Below, piece after piece: positions 1 to 11,724 of a stretch of 64,000 bases of DNA. This DNA comes from Heptranchias perlo (lineage: Eukaryota), in assembly GCF_035084215.1 (NCBI RefSeq), contig NC_090335.1, positions 61,442,001 through 61,506,000 of the forward strand. The letters are read 5' to 3'. A program made the translations under genes and the position numbers. The notes beneath the pieces are model-generated. The model saw only the letters and a list, made by a program, of their open reading frames with translations, searched no databases and was not told where the DNA came from. Every line of letters begins with the position of its first letter. Within the stretch, counting starts at the first letter, position 1.

Positions 1-180
1 TGGCACTGAGTGGTCACTAAGGTTCCAGAATTAATTTCCATACATTCTCTACTTTTGAAGGAGTGTTAATTTTGAGGATGCAATTTATATAAAACAACAT
101 AAGAATGGCAAGAAGGGCAGCTTGATGGCATGACACATTCCATCATCAGGATAAGGTGCTGACCAGATGGGATTTGTGTG

Positions 181-905
181 CAACAACAACAACTACTTGC
201 ATTTATATAGCGCCTTTACACAGTAAAATGTCCCAAGGCGCTTCACAAGTGTGTAATCAGACAAAAATTGACACCGAGCCAAAGAAGGAGACATCAGGAC
301 AGGTGGCCAAAAGTTTGGTCAAAGAAGTAGGTTTTAAAGAGCGTCTTAAAGGAGGAGAGAGAAGCAGAGAGGCGGAGAAGTTTAGGGAGGGAATTCCAGA
401 GCTTAGGGCCTAGACAGCTGAAAGCACTGCCGCCAATGGTGGGGCGAAGGAAGTCGGGGATGCACGAGACTATGATTAGAGGAACGCAGGGGGTTACAGA
501 GATAGGGAGGGACGAGGCCATGGAGGGATTTGATCACAAAGATTAGAATTTCAAATTCGAGGCATTGGCGGACAGGGAGCTAATATAGGTCAGCAATGGG
601 ATTTGATGCGAGTTGGGATATGGTAGCAGAGTTTTGGATGAGTTCAAGTTTATTGAGGGTGGAAGATGGGAGGCCAGCCAGCAGAGCGTTGGAATAGTTG
701 AGTCTAGAGGTAACAAAAGCACGGATGAGGGTTTCAGCAGCAGATGGGCTATGGCAGGAGACGGCAGATATTACGAATGTGGAAGTAGCCGGTTTTGATG
801 ATGGAGAGGATATAGGGTCAGAAGCTCAGTTCAGGGTCAAATAGGATGCCGAGGTTGCGAGCAGTCTGGTTCAGCCTGAGACAATGTCCAGGGAGGGGGA
901 TGGAA
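181..905 (-). mobile_element. L2 LINE 3' fragment
   Basis: C-terminal ORF2 remnant IGGSAFSCLGPKLWNSLP...FKT, followed by the 3' UTR GGCGCTATATAAATGCAAG and a (GTT)n tail on the minus strand. Confidence 0.85.
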
Positions 906-1361
906 GTGTCGCAGTGAGCAAGACTTCCACCCCCCTTTAAACTTGTACCATTTCCCAGCACAATGCTGAGCTCAATTTCATGCCAAAAAGGAAGGAGTTG
1001 ACGTCAACCTGAACATCTTTTCTTCATCTCCTGATGGCTGATTACAGAGTTGTATTGGTGTAGGCCCCCAATACACTAATTTAAGCTCGTGGTTAATGTG
1101 GTCTGGAACTGTCCAGTACAGCATTCCAGGTTTTGTTAATGCAAGATTTGCAAATTCTCCATTGATCATTCATGTTCTCATGATTCTTGTTAAGAGACTG
1201 GAGTGGAGTGTATGACCTATGTGTATCTTTCAGTGCTGCGTGAAGTCCAGCTTGTGCATGACATGCTCCTGACTCAGCCTGATGCAAGTACTGGCTGAGT
1301 CCAGAAGGGTGTCAAGTAGGCAGCTTGCTTTAGACACAGGTTCATCATAGGTTTAACTGTA

Positions 1362-2600
1362 TCATGGAATCGAGGGAAAAGTACGGGCTTGGTTAGGAAG
1401 TTGGCTGAGCAAAAGGCGACAGAGAGTAGGGATAATGGGTAGGTACTCACATTGGCAGGATGTGACTAGTGGAGTCCCGCAGGGATCTGTCTTGGGGCCT
1501 CAATTATTCACAATATTTATTAACGACTTAGGTGAAGGCATAGAAAGTCTCATATCTAAGTTTGCCGATGACACAAAGATTGGTGGCATTGTAAGCAGTG
1601 GAGATGAAAACATCTCCACTGCTTACAATGGATTCTAGAAGTAGGGGGCACAGTCTAATAATTAGAGCCAGACCTTTCAGGAGCGAGATTAGAAAAAATT
1701 TCTACACACAAAGGGTGGTAGAAGTTTGGAAATCTCTTCTGCAAACAGCAATATTGATAGATTAGGCGAATGGGCAAAACTGTGGCAAATGGAATTCAAT
1801 GTCGACAAATGTGAGGTCATCTACTTTGGATCAAAAAAGGATAGAACAGGGTACTTTCTAAATGGTAAAAAGTTAAAAACAGTGGATGTCCAAAGGGACT
1901 TAGGGGTTCAGGTACATAGATCATTGAAGTGTCATGAACAGGTGCAGAAAATAATCAATAAGGCTAATGGAATGCTGGCCTTTATATCTCGAGGACTAGA
2001 GTACAAGGGGGCAGAAGTTATGCTGCAGCTATACAAAACCCTGGTTAGACCGCACCTGGAGTACTGTGAGCAGTTCTGGGCACCGCACCTTCGGAAGGAC
2101 GAATTGGCCTTGGAGGGAGTGCAGCGTAGGTTTACTAGAATGATACCTGGACTTTATGGGTTAAGTTACGAGGAGAGATTACACAAATTGGGGTTGTATT
2201 CTCTGGAGTTTAGAAGGTTAAGGGGTGATCTGATCGAAGTTTATAAGATATTAAGGGGAACGGATAGGGTGGATAGAGAGAAACTATTTCCGCTGGTTGG
2301 GGATTCTAGGAGTAGGGGGCACAGTCTAATAATTAGAGCCAGACCTTTCAGGAGCGAGATTAGAAAAAATTTCTACACACAAAGGGTGGTAGAAGTTTGG
2401 AAATCTCTTCTGCAAACAGCAATTGATACTAGCTCAATTGCTAAATTTAAATATGAGATAGATAGCTTTTTGGCAATCAAAAGTATTAAGGGATATGGGC
2501 CAAAGGAGGGTATATGGAGTTAGATCACAGATCAGCCATGATCTTATCAAATGGCAGAGCAGGCATGAGGGGCAGAATAGCCTACTCCTGTTCCTATATA
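1362..2600 (+). mobile_element. CR1 LINE, 5'-truncated, internally rearranged
   Basis: RT motifs [26 protein letters not shown] and RRLRGDLIEVYK; CR1 3' end CCTACTCCTGTTCCTAT. Confidence 0.93.
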
Positions 2601-2607
2601 TTCCAAG

Positions 2608-2815
2608 AGGCCTAGACTAATAATCCAGAGAACATGAGTTCAAATCACACCATGGCGGTTTGAGAATTTTAATTCATTTTTTTTAAAATCTGGAAATAAA
2701 AAGCTGGTATTAGTAAAAATGACTATGAACCTGTTAGATTGTCGTAAAGAAAAAAACAACTCGTTCACTAAGGTCCTTTAGGGAAGGAAACCTGCCCTCC
2801 TTACCCTGTCTGCCT
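2608..2815 (+). mobile_element. SINE-like fragment (unclassified)
   Basis: B-box-like GAGTTCAAATC followed by a body resembling a shark interspersed repeat; only one copy is present in this window. Confidence 0.45.
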
Positions 2816-2929
2816 CAGTCTGGCTTCCTTAGTGTTACACATAAATCAGTGCATGGAGGGAGAAGGAAAGGATATGGAACTTAAAAGATAATTAATATTT
2901 GTTGGGTAAGGAGTAAGAAGGAAGCTATG

Positions 2930-4412
2930 AACATTGCATTTATATAGCGTCTTTTACAACCTGAGGACGTCCAAAAGCGCTTTAAAGCCAAACAAGTACT
3001 TTTGAAGTGTAGTCACTGTTGTAGGGGGTGATTTTAGGAGGCAAATGCGGGTGCATTGGGGACAGGGGGGGCTCCAAAAATCGGACAAATCCCATTCGGG
3101 TTTGGAAGCCGGCTCCAAGTTTCCCAGGGACCCACCTGTGTGCGCGCAGGCTACCCGAAAACGGAAGTCCTGCCGGCAATTAAAGCCAGCAGGATGACAG
3201 TTAAAGAGCCAAATGTACCTCATTAAGGTACTTAAGGCACTTTACCTGTGACAGATGAAGGGATTAGAAAGATTTTTAACTTATCTGGGCGGCTTGCCCA
3301 CCGCTTCCGATTCACACCTGGTGAAACCAGATGTGGAGGGACGGATCAGGGAAAAAGAAACTAAAGAAATTAAATAAAAAACCATGCAAAAAAGTGAAAA
3401 CACTAAATGCACCTACCATTGAAACCTGCTCCGATGTCCGATGTCTCCCATTCCGATGTCCCCCTCTTCACCCTCCCGATGTCCCCCCGATGACCCCCTC
3501 CCGATGTCACCCTCCCGATCTTCCCCCAATATCCCCCTCTTCACCCTCCCCATCTTCCCCCAATCTTCCCCTCTCCATCCCGATCTTCCCTCTCTCCACC
3601 CCGATCTTCCCTCTCTCCACCCCGATCTCCCCGTCTCTCCCCCCTCCGAGCTTCCCCTCTCTTTCCCCCCCCCCCACCCCCGGTCTTCCATTTCAGCGCC
3701 GGATGTTGTCTGACTATCTCTTTCTCGCCACCCCTCCCCCCCCCCCCACTGCATTGCAGGTCCTGATGGCAGCCAGCCTGTCAATCAGGCTAGCTGCCGG
3801 GCGCGAAACCCGGAGAGGATGTTAACCACTATCAATCAACATGCGATCACGTTGGAAACAGTAAGTTTGGTTCATGCGGGTTTGCCAGGCGCCCAATCGC
3901 GCCCCCCCCCCCCCGCTGCCATCCCTATAAAAATAAATTATCTGTATATTAAATAACCACTGCACCATTTTTGTCCAATAGAGCAACTGAACACTTTGTT
4001 TTGTACATGCCAAATACTGTATTCATTTAACAGTTCTGAAAACAGTGCTAACATCGGGGACGTAATGTAAGGAAACACAGCAGCCAACTTGTGCACAGCA
4101 AGGTCCGACAAACAACAATGAGATAATGACTGGATCATCTGCTGTTAGTTGAGGAATAAATATTGGCCAAGAAACCAGGAAGAACTCCCCTGCTCTTCTT
4201 CAAATAGTGTCATGGGGTCTTTTACATCCATCTGAGAGTGCAGATGGGGCCTCAGTTTTACGTCTCACCTGAAAGATGGCATCTCCAAAAGTGCAGCACT
4301 CCCTCAGTACTGCACTGCAGTGTCAGCCCGGATTATGTGCTCAAGTCTCTGGAGTGGGGATCCCTAACCTTCTTACTCAGAGGCGAGAGTGCTACCACTG
4401 AGCCAAGGCTGA
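2930..4412 (-). mobile_element. DeuSINE/SacSINE1-like SINE, split by a MITE (pieces 2930-3023 and 4062-4412)
   Basis: tRNA-like head, conserved core TGCAGCACTCCCTCAGTACTGCACTG and an L2-like tail. It is colinear with the copies at 31090-31505 and 53965-54378 once the insert is removed. Confidence 0.8.
3024..4061. mobile_element. Non-autonomous PIF/Harbinger-like element with internal CT-rich minisatellite
   Basis: 3-bp TSD GTA (3021-3023 and 4062-4064). The 5' ~400 bp is homologous to the element at 55295-56371. Internal CCCGATCTTCCCTCT-type repeats. The right terminal repeat is degenerate. Confidence 0.7.
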
Positions 4413-4885
4413 AGGAGGTTAACACTTATAAAAATAGATAACCTGTTCAGACTGAAAACGGGTACCAGTGAATTTAAATAATAATTTGCTAATTTCAGTT
4501 AATTAAACAATCAGAGTCCTGCAGTGCCCATCAGTCACAGAAGGCTTCAAGTGAACTGATCATACTCCATGGTTACACTGGCATATACCAGAGATCAAAA
4601 TATGGGCAAGCAGTTGGATAGACCCTCCCCCAGTGATCTTGCACCTTCTGGACCTTTATGCAACAGATTTCACCAAGCCAAGGTGTAGGACCACCAGAAG
4701 ATCCTCCAACCTGCTCACCAAAGATGTTGGGGAGAAGTGCAACCAGAAATTGAGGAGCAAAAACTAGAGTGCCTCTAACTATTGCATTACAACATTGAGA
4801 AATGTCCCCTCCTTCAGCAATTATGGCCCAGCACTCTTCCTATCTCCTCCCTGGTTACATTTCTTTCAACCTTCAAAAGTTCCTC

Positions 4886-4937
4886 AAAACCTACCTCTTT
4901 GATCAAATCGTAAAACCTACCTCTTTGATCAAATCGT
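4886..4937 (+). repeat. Perfect 26-bp tandem duplication within an old L2 3' remnant (~4780-5050)
   Basis: AAAACCTACCTCTTTGATCAAATCGT occurs twice in tandem. Confidence 0.85.
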
Positions 4938-6129
4938 GAACACCTTCTCTAACTCCTGCTTGGTATTCCTTCCTTTCTATGAACTCCTTGTGGAGGATTC
5001 ACTACGTTAAAGAAACTGCACAAAAAAACTTTGTAAGTGTAAGTTGTGGTATGAATTATATCCTAATACACTTCCTCATGAGCCTTAAGCCATTTTGGAA
5101 CACATGTCTAAGTTTCAATTGCGGGGGGGAGGTAGTTCCTCTCAGCTACCATAAACTGTGGTCAAGCATCCCAGGTTATATATCTGCAAACCCTCGCAGA
5201 GTACAGTTTCCTCGCCCTCCCACATTCCCCTGTTAATTCCCTAATCAGCCCCTGGGCTGCCGTGTAATTCCATTGTGCAGCCGCCTGTTCGGTAGCTGGA
5301 GGCTCTCCGCTGATCCGTCGCATCTGTCAGCGGCCTTAATCACCGTCTCGAATAGCGACTAAAGCCATTCACCGTGACTCGCCCACCATTGTCACCTCAG
5401 CCAGTTCTGTTACTGTGTTACTGGACTAATTGGTAAAATGTTTAGCTTGTTTCACCTACACAGATGTGGGAAAGGAACTAAGTAGTATCAACTAAAGACC
5501 CATTAGTTTGTGATTCGAATACAAGGGTGGGTTAACTCCATACCTACTAAAAAAAACTCAGGAAATGGAAGGGAATAATCGCTGCCTACAACCAGGCACT
5601 ATACGTCCATTATATTTAAAGGCTGCGTCATTTGGAGCTAAATATTACTCCTTTCGTTCAAATGTATTTTTATTATTAAGGATTTAAGGTATAAGTAATA
5701 CGAATCATTCATTTGGAAAGACAACCGCTTTGTAGCTAAAACAGTTTGGTAAATCTATCAGGAATAAAAACGTGTTCCCATAAATGTTAGCTCGCCCGTG
5801 TCCTATCTCAGGATTCTAGATTATCTCGCGTTGAATGTATTGTTTTTGCCGTAGTTTGAACGCATTTGTGGTATCAGATGTGCTCCGGGTTAATTGGTGT
5901 GTTACGGTTGTAAAACGATGGTTAGGTGAATCATCAGAATTTATAGAGTATAATCCATCTATCAGAAACAGCAAATAAAACTATACTAATTGCTTGTAAA
6001 CACGTTGAAGTAGAAACGCCGAGCACGTCCCAAAGTATTATAGTACGAGTGTCCTATATGATAGAATTCCTTATAAAGAACAAAAATCTACGATTTGTTG
6101 GAAATTTGAAACAAAAACAGAAAATGTTT

Positions 6130-7115
6130 GTGATTTCACCCTCCATCTAAGCTCTCCTCTGAGTTCACTGTCTTCTATTAACCTTTCCTTCTATATAAAC
6201 GCTCCTTACCATATTCATGGCCACCCATCTCACGTGGCCTCTCTATTCCCATCATCTCAATCACAGACAAGCCCATCTCTGATCACTTCCTTTTATCCCT
6301 CCCCACTCACAGCCTCCTTCCCCATTTCAACCCCACTTCCTTCTGTGTCCACCCCTGGAAAAAAAACTCTCCCCAAGTCACTTAAAATGCCACTTTCAAA
6401 CTCCCAACTGTCTAGCTTTTGGCCTTCCATTCGCCACAATATTTCTGCAGCTGTCAATCTGCTCAATCACTCCCTTATCTCCACCTTTGAATGCCCTTGT
6501 CCCCAGTTAGTCTCTCTCAACTTGGTCGTTCCCCTTGGTACAGTTTCCACTATCGTCCCTTAAGGCCAAGGAGTGCAGACCTGAATGTATCCGGCACACA
6601 ACTGGTTAAGCCATTCATCGCCAGATCTAGCTGGACCACATCAAGTACTATTTGGTCTTTCTCTCCTCTGCCAAAACTGCTCACTACTCCAGGATCATCC
6701 TGGAATGAAAAGATAACCCCCAGCTTCTTTTTTCTACTATCCACCGTCTCCTTAAACCCTTCTCCCCTACCCCCTCTACTCTTTCCTCCAACAACAAGTG
6801 CGAGGAGCTCATGGACTTCTTTATCACTAAGGTTAAGATCATATGTTCGAATGCCTCTGCCAAATTCCTCCCTTCCATTTTCCCACCAAGCCAAACTTCC
6901 TCTCGTGCTCTCTCGACTTTATTTCTACTAAACTGCTGACCACCCAACTTCCCTTCCTGGCTCCCATATTCGCTAACATTGTAAACATCTCTCTCTCCTC
7001 AGCTACTGGCTCCCTCCCTTTTAAATCTGCTGTCATCAATCCCCTCCCTTCTCAAAAAATCAACCGTTGATCTCTCTGTCCCTTGCAAACTACCACCTCA
7101 TCTCCAACCTCCATT
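6130..7115 (+). mobile_element. L2 LINE internal fragment (end of endonuclease to start of RT)
   Basis: Pyrimidine-rich; SDHF-like motif; KLLTTQLPFLAPIFANIVNISL...FKSAVI typical of L2 ORF2; many frameshifts. Confidence 0.75.
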
Positions 7116-7119
7116 TGAG

Positions 7120-8997
7120 ATGACATAATTCCCATTGCACGACTGTCCCTGCACAGAACTGCTACTGATCTGTAGGAGAGCAGACTGTAGGAGATCCATG
7201 ATTTGATTGACGCACCTAACCATTCGCTCCCCCAGTCTGTCCAAGGTAGAGGAGATGGTTGAGCCCAAAGCCTGCATGGTCCAGTATGAGCATCCCTGAG
7301 AGATTCCATTACTGGTATCATAGTCGGCTGTGGGGGAAGGGCGGGCTCAGCTGAAATGTCCATTGAGGTGACCACATGCTCCAAGGTTGACTGCAGCATA
7401 TCAATACCATGCAACAGGAAGCCACATAAGTTGGTAGTGAACGCTGCCAAATTATCTGATATGTTTTGGAAGCTCCCTGACAAGCAATCCAATGCATTCA
7501 ACAATTGCTGGGTTTTTTTTATTCGTTCATGGGATGTGGGCGTCGCTGGCAAGGCCAGCATTTATTGCCCATCCTTAATTGCCCTTGAGAAGGTGGTGGT
7601 GAGCCACCTTCTTGAACCGCTGCAGTCCGTGTGGTGAAGGTTCTCCCACAGTACTGTTAGGAAGGGAGTTCCAGGATTTTGACCCAGCGATGATGAAGGA
7701 ACGGCGATATATTTCCAAGTCGGGATGATGTGTGACTTGGAGGGAAACATGCAGGTGGTGTTGTTCCCATATGCCTGCTGCCCTTGTCCTTCTAGTTGGT
7801 AGAGGTCGCGGGTTTGGGAGGTGCTGTCGAAGAAGCCTTGGTGAGTTGCTGCAGTGCATCCTGTGGATGGTACACACTGCAGCCACTGTGTGCCGGTGAT
7901 GAAGGGAGTGAATGTTTAGGGTGGTGGATGGGGTGCCAATCAAGCGGGCTGCTTTGTCCTGGATGGTGTCGAGCTTCTTGAGTGTTGCTGGTGCACAGAA
8001 ATCATTCTTCTTTTAATGGTTGGGCCCCTAAAGTCTGCATTTCTATCCTCTTCAGCAGAGCTAGGATGTGTTGGCCTTCTGGTGAGCTGTTTCCTGGGCC
8101 ATCCTTGCCACCTCCACCTGCTCCTGCTCACTTGTGCTCAGTGAATCATCCAGCCCTCTAACTTATTATCTATGTGGAGTGCCTATTTTTGTGCTGGTGT
8201 TTGGCAAGTAGGAGCAAGTGAGGGTGCACTTCTGGAGGGTTCTCCTCCTTAGTCTGTCTGACTGGAGTGGCCAAGTCATTTGATTGACCTAGAAAAAAGG
8301 GAAAAAGACAAGTGATAGGATATAGTTCCAAAGGTAAGCACTCGCAGATGAGTGGCAGTGCAAAGCACCACTAGGTTGCCATGCTTAGTGTGTGAGAGTG
8401 TGTTATTGAGAGAGTTAAGTACAAAGAGAAAGGAACATGAAGATGCCCAAACAGACTGCTGTGCATGGCTCCAGTCTTGCATTTCTGATACTGGGTGTCC
8501 TTTGTCTGCCCATGATGTTGATAGCAGCCATTGGTGTCAGTGTTTACCATAGTGTGCATGATGGTAAGAAGAAGCAGCAGGTGAGGCCAAGAAGGAGAAG
8601 TAGTTGTGAGGGTAGTAACAGCTTTTCAAGGTGTGAGTGCAAGCAAAAAGGGCCATGAAGTCGTCCTTGCTGATTTATGGAGAATCGTGGGAAGTTAAGA
8701 AAGGAACGTTTGAACTGTCAAAGGTAGGGTCCTCCAGGGCTTTGCAGATAGCATGAGAGATGCGAAAGGGAGTGTTACTTTGGAAGCCCTGGTCAGATCA
8801 TTACATTTTTATGGTACTGCAGTCTGGTCCTGGGAACAATGCTGATGATATTGACATTTTGTGCCTCCTTCTCCATGGCCGTTCACTATTTTGCCTTGGT
8901 ATCCCTTACATATCCAGGAGGAAGAGGACCTCGTTTCTGATGATAACTTCTCTATCAGCGTCTCTACTACTGTATTGGAAACCCTTGAGGCCCTACT
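7120..8997 (-). pseudogene. Harbinger-type Myb/SANT-domain gene remnant (minus strand)
   Basis: Frameshifted translation of 8997-8779 gives RASRVSN..VETLIE/EVIIRNEVLF...PW/EKEAQNVNIISIVPRTRLQYHK/CNDLTRASK followed by a GTAAC donor. A downstream helical segment KRRMISVHQQ|LLNALDCLS is interrupted by a LINE. Confidence 0.6.
7513..7984 (-). mobile_element. Non-LTR retrotransposon 3' fragment (CR1/L2 group, clade unassigned), poly(A)-tailed
   Basis: C-terminal ORF ...AGSKSWNSLPNSTVG...FKKVAHHHLLKGN, near-identical to 32992-33868; flanked by a TTGCTGG direct repeat (7506-7512 and 7985-7991). Confidence 0.85.
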
Positions 8998-9024
8998 GGA
9001 ACTCATGTTCTTTGAAGCCCCGGC

Positions 9025-9293
9025 TGCCCTCCCAGGTGGACGTAAAAGATCACATTGCACTATTTCAAAGAAGAGCAGTGGAGTTCTGACCAATATTTAT
9101 CCCTCAACCAACATCACTAAAGAACAGATTTGCTGGTCACATATCTCATTGCTGTTTGTGGAACCATGCTGTGTACAAATTGGCTGGTGCAATTACAATT
9201 ACAACAGTGACTTCAATTCAAAAGTACTTCATTGGCTGTAAAGCACTTTGGGATGTGAAAAGCACTATATAAATGCAAGTCTTTCTTTCTTTC
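9025..9293 (+). mobile_element. DeuSINE-like SINE, 3' half
   Basis: Homologous to the other DeuSINE copies; ends CTATATAAATGCAAGTCTTTCTTTC. Confidence 0.8.
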
Positions 9294-10149
9294 ATGTTGC
9301 CTGCTGCTCCATAGTCTTGTTTGTCTCTGTTCCCTAAGAAAAAGGCACCACCCCTCTAAACTGCTGCTGTAGGCCTATTAGAAGCAACTGGACCACCTGA
9401 TTCCCCACCCTTCTAATCAACAATCTGTCTATTGGAGCATGTTTCGTGCTTACAGCTTGACGACCACATGATAATGAGGGTTAACCTGGAAAAAAAGGTC
9501 CAATGAGACTCTTCCGGGCAATTGCCACGCAAGCCCTGCCCACTGCCCACCTGTTTGCCGAATGCATCTTTAAGTTCTTATCACTTTTTGCGCATTTTCA
9601 AATCTTATATTCTGAGCAAGTTTGCGTGCAGGTGATCTGTTCCCAGGCATCTGTCAAGCCTTCTCCACAACCGTGCTATGAGCTGTGTAAGAGCGGCCCA
9701 ATATGTAACCTGCAGTTTTCTGTTCTTTCTACTAGAAAAGTGTTAATCTGTTCTTATACATTATGTACATGGGCCACAAATTTCCATGAGGTGAATTGTA
9801 CTGTTGTTATGCCAATAAAAAAGATTTGATTCCATCAGTGACCTGCAGAGTTATTTACACTAGAGTTCCCTGGGTCAGCTTATTTGCATATCCATTGGAG
9901 AGTCATTGGTATAAATCCCATGTAAAATAGGTGTAAGTTACTGCAGTGCACAAAAATTAGGGCACATCCTTTAAAAGTACTCTTCAGCCTGTATATCTTC
10001 AGCAGCAGATTGGGGGACATCCAGCTAATGAAGTGACAATGCTTGGCTCTTTCTCTTGACTCTCAGATAACTTCACTCCAACTCATCAATCTTTTATATC
10101 ATACTTTTCAAGAAGTATGACATCATCAGCACCGAGAAGGCAGCAGGGC

Positions 10150-10818
10150 ATGGGACCAAGCCAGAGAACATAGAAATTCACTGATTCAGATTGCCAAGCC
10201 CTCCTGGAGGAGATTGAAGGTAGGAAGAACAATCTCTTGAGTGTGGGTGCCAACAAGCCACCTAGATATATCAATCTTGACACCTATCAGGAGATGGCAC
10301 TAGCACTGAGTGCTAACTCCTTCATTCCCAGGACTGCATGACCTCACCAGGGCAAGCAAGGTAACAAACTGAACAGTCTTCCTTTTTCTCCTTGCCCACT
10401 CTAGGCATCAGCTCATTCTTCACCGTCTTAAAGCAACTAACCCTTCACAATGCACTCTGGTTAAGGGCAGCTTTAAAACTGTATCCTGCACTATGGCTGC
10501 ACAGTCCCCTAAACACCAATAACTGGCATGCAGAACCCAAAAATCCTTTCCCCCAATTAAAAGCCTCATACTCCCACATCTCTTACTTCAGCTCTCCCAT
10601 GCCACTTGACAAAGTTCAACAGCTAGCCTTCCCCTCATTAACTCTATCTTCTTGCAGGATAAATTGGAGCACAATGTCTACCAGAGGCAGGCCACTGGAG
10701 GGATATCCCTGCTCTTAAACACCTCACCCCTTTGAGGAGAGGGCCATAGAGCTCATGGGGAGGTACTCAGCTCTTGCAGTGGGAGGTGGCAAGGTCGGCG
10801 GAATATTGCTGGTGCCAG
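10150..10818 (+). pseudogene. Harbinger-type Myb/SANT-domain gene remnant with a GT-AG intron (10361-10657)
   Basis: Exon 1 reads MGPSQRT*KFTDSDCQALLEEIEGRKNNLL...YQEMALALSANSFIPRT/DLTRASK|gt. Exon 2 reads ttgcag|DKLEHNVYQRQATGG/..PFEERAIELMG...|gtaagt. Stops and frameshifts are present. Confidence 0.7.
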
Positions 10819-11364
10819 GTAAGTGACTGAACATCTAAATTTTCAGTCCCCTGAAGGCTAAGAGAAAGTTGTAATTTATCCATTCTAATATCTCTTTTAC
10901 TTTACTCAGGACTCTCTTTTTAACGTACTGTGAGACTTGATTTCCACTTTCACTGTTCCTTTTCTCATTCTGGACTTTTGAAATTATGTGCTGTTCTTAT
11001 ATATTGTTTGATAGTTCCTAATAATCCAGCATCAAAAAATGAAGGAATAACAACTAGATTTGTTATAATTTAAAAGAGCTGTACATGTAGCAGCATTTAG
11101 AGGCCTACTGCTAGCTTACAAACCTCACTTACAGATTGTCTGATTTCTCCAGACTAGATCTAACCAATTGCTTAACTGAGACTTTGACACTTAAGGGAAC
11201 ATCTCTAAATGGTGATACTCAAACTGACTTGTCATCACTATTAGCTTTTGTTTAACTCCTTCCCCAATGAGCTGGACCTAGCTCTTAGCATATATATGCC
11301 AAATAATTATAGGTATTATTCTATCTTTTTGCTTTTCCCCTTCAGTATACAGATCAGTATGAAA

Positions 11365-11724
11365 TCCCTATCTCTGTAACCTCCTCTAGCCCTATAACTC
11401 TCCGAGTTCTCTGCATTCTTCACTCCAATTCTGGCCTCTTGCAGCCCCAATTTCCTTTGCTCCACCATCGGCGGCTGTGCCTTCAGCTGCCTAGGCCCTA
11501 AACTCTGGAATTCCCTCCCTAATCCTCTCCGCCTCTCTACCTCTCTCTCCTCCTTTAAGTCACTCCTTAAAACCTACCTCTTTGATCAAGCTTTTGGTCA
11601 CCTGTCCTAATATCTCTTTATGTGACTTTGTGTCAAATTTTGTCTGATAACGCTCCTATGAAGCGCCTTGGGGCATTTTACTATGTTAAAGGCACTATAT
11701 AAATGTATTTTGTTGTTGTTGTTA
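11365..11724 (+). mobile_element. L2 LINE 3' end
   Basis: Same 3' ORF, UTR and (TTG)n tail as the other L2 copies. Confidence 0.85.

Noticed and set aside
1726-2523. 265-aa RT-like ORF as a functional gene
   Set aside because: It is the C-terminal part of a truncated, rearranged CR1 ORF2 and lacks the catalytic region in frame.
3331-3825. Pro/Ser-rich and Gly/Arg/Glu-rich ORFs (also 19146-19722 and 55669-56450)
   Set aside because: These are translations of low-complexity minisatellite inside MITEs and are open in several frames on both strands.
6938-6946. Perfect GLI consensus GACCACCCA
   Set aside because: It lies within L2 ORF2 coding remnant (LTTQ codons), so it is probably part of the repeat consensus. 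There is no evidence of exaptation.
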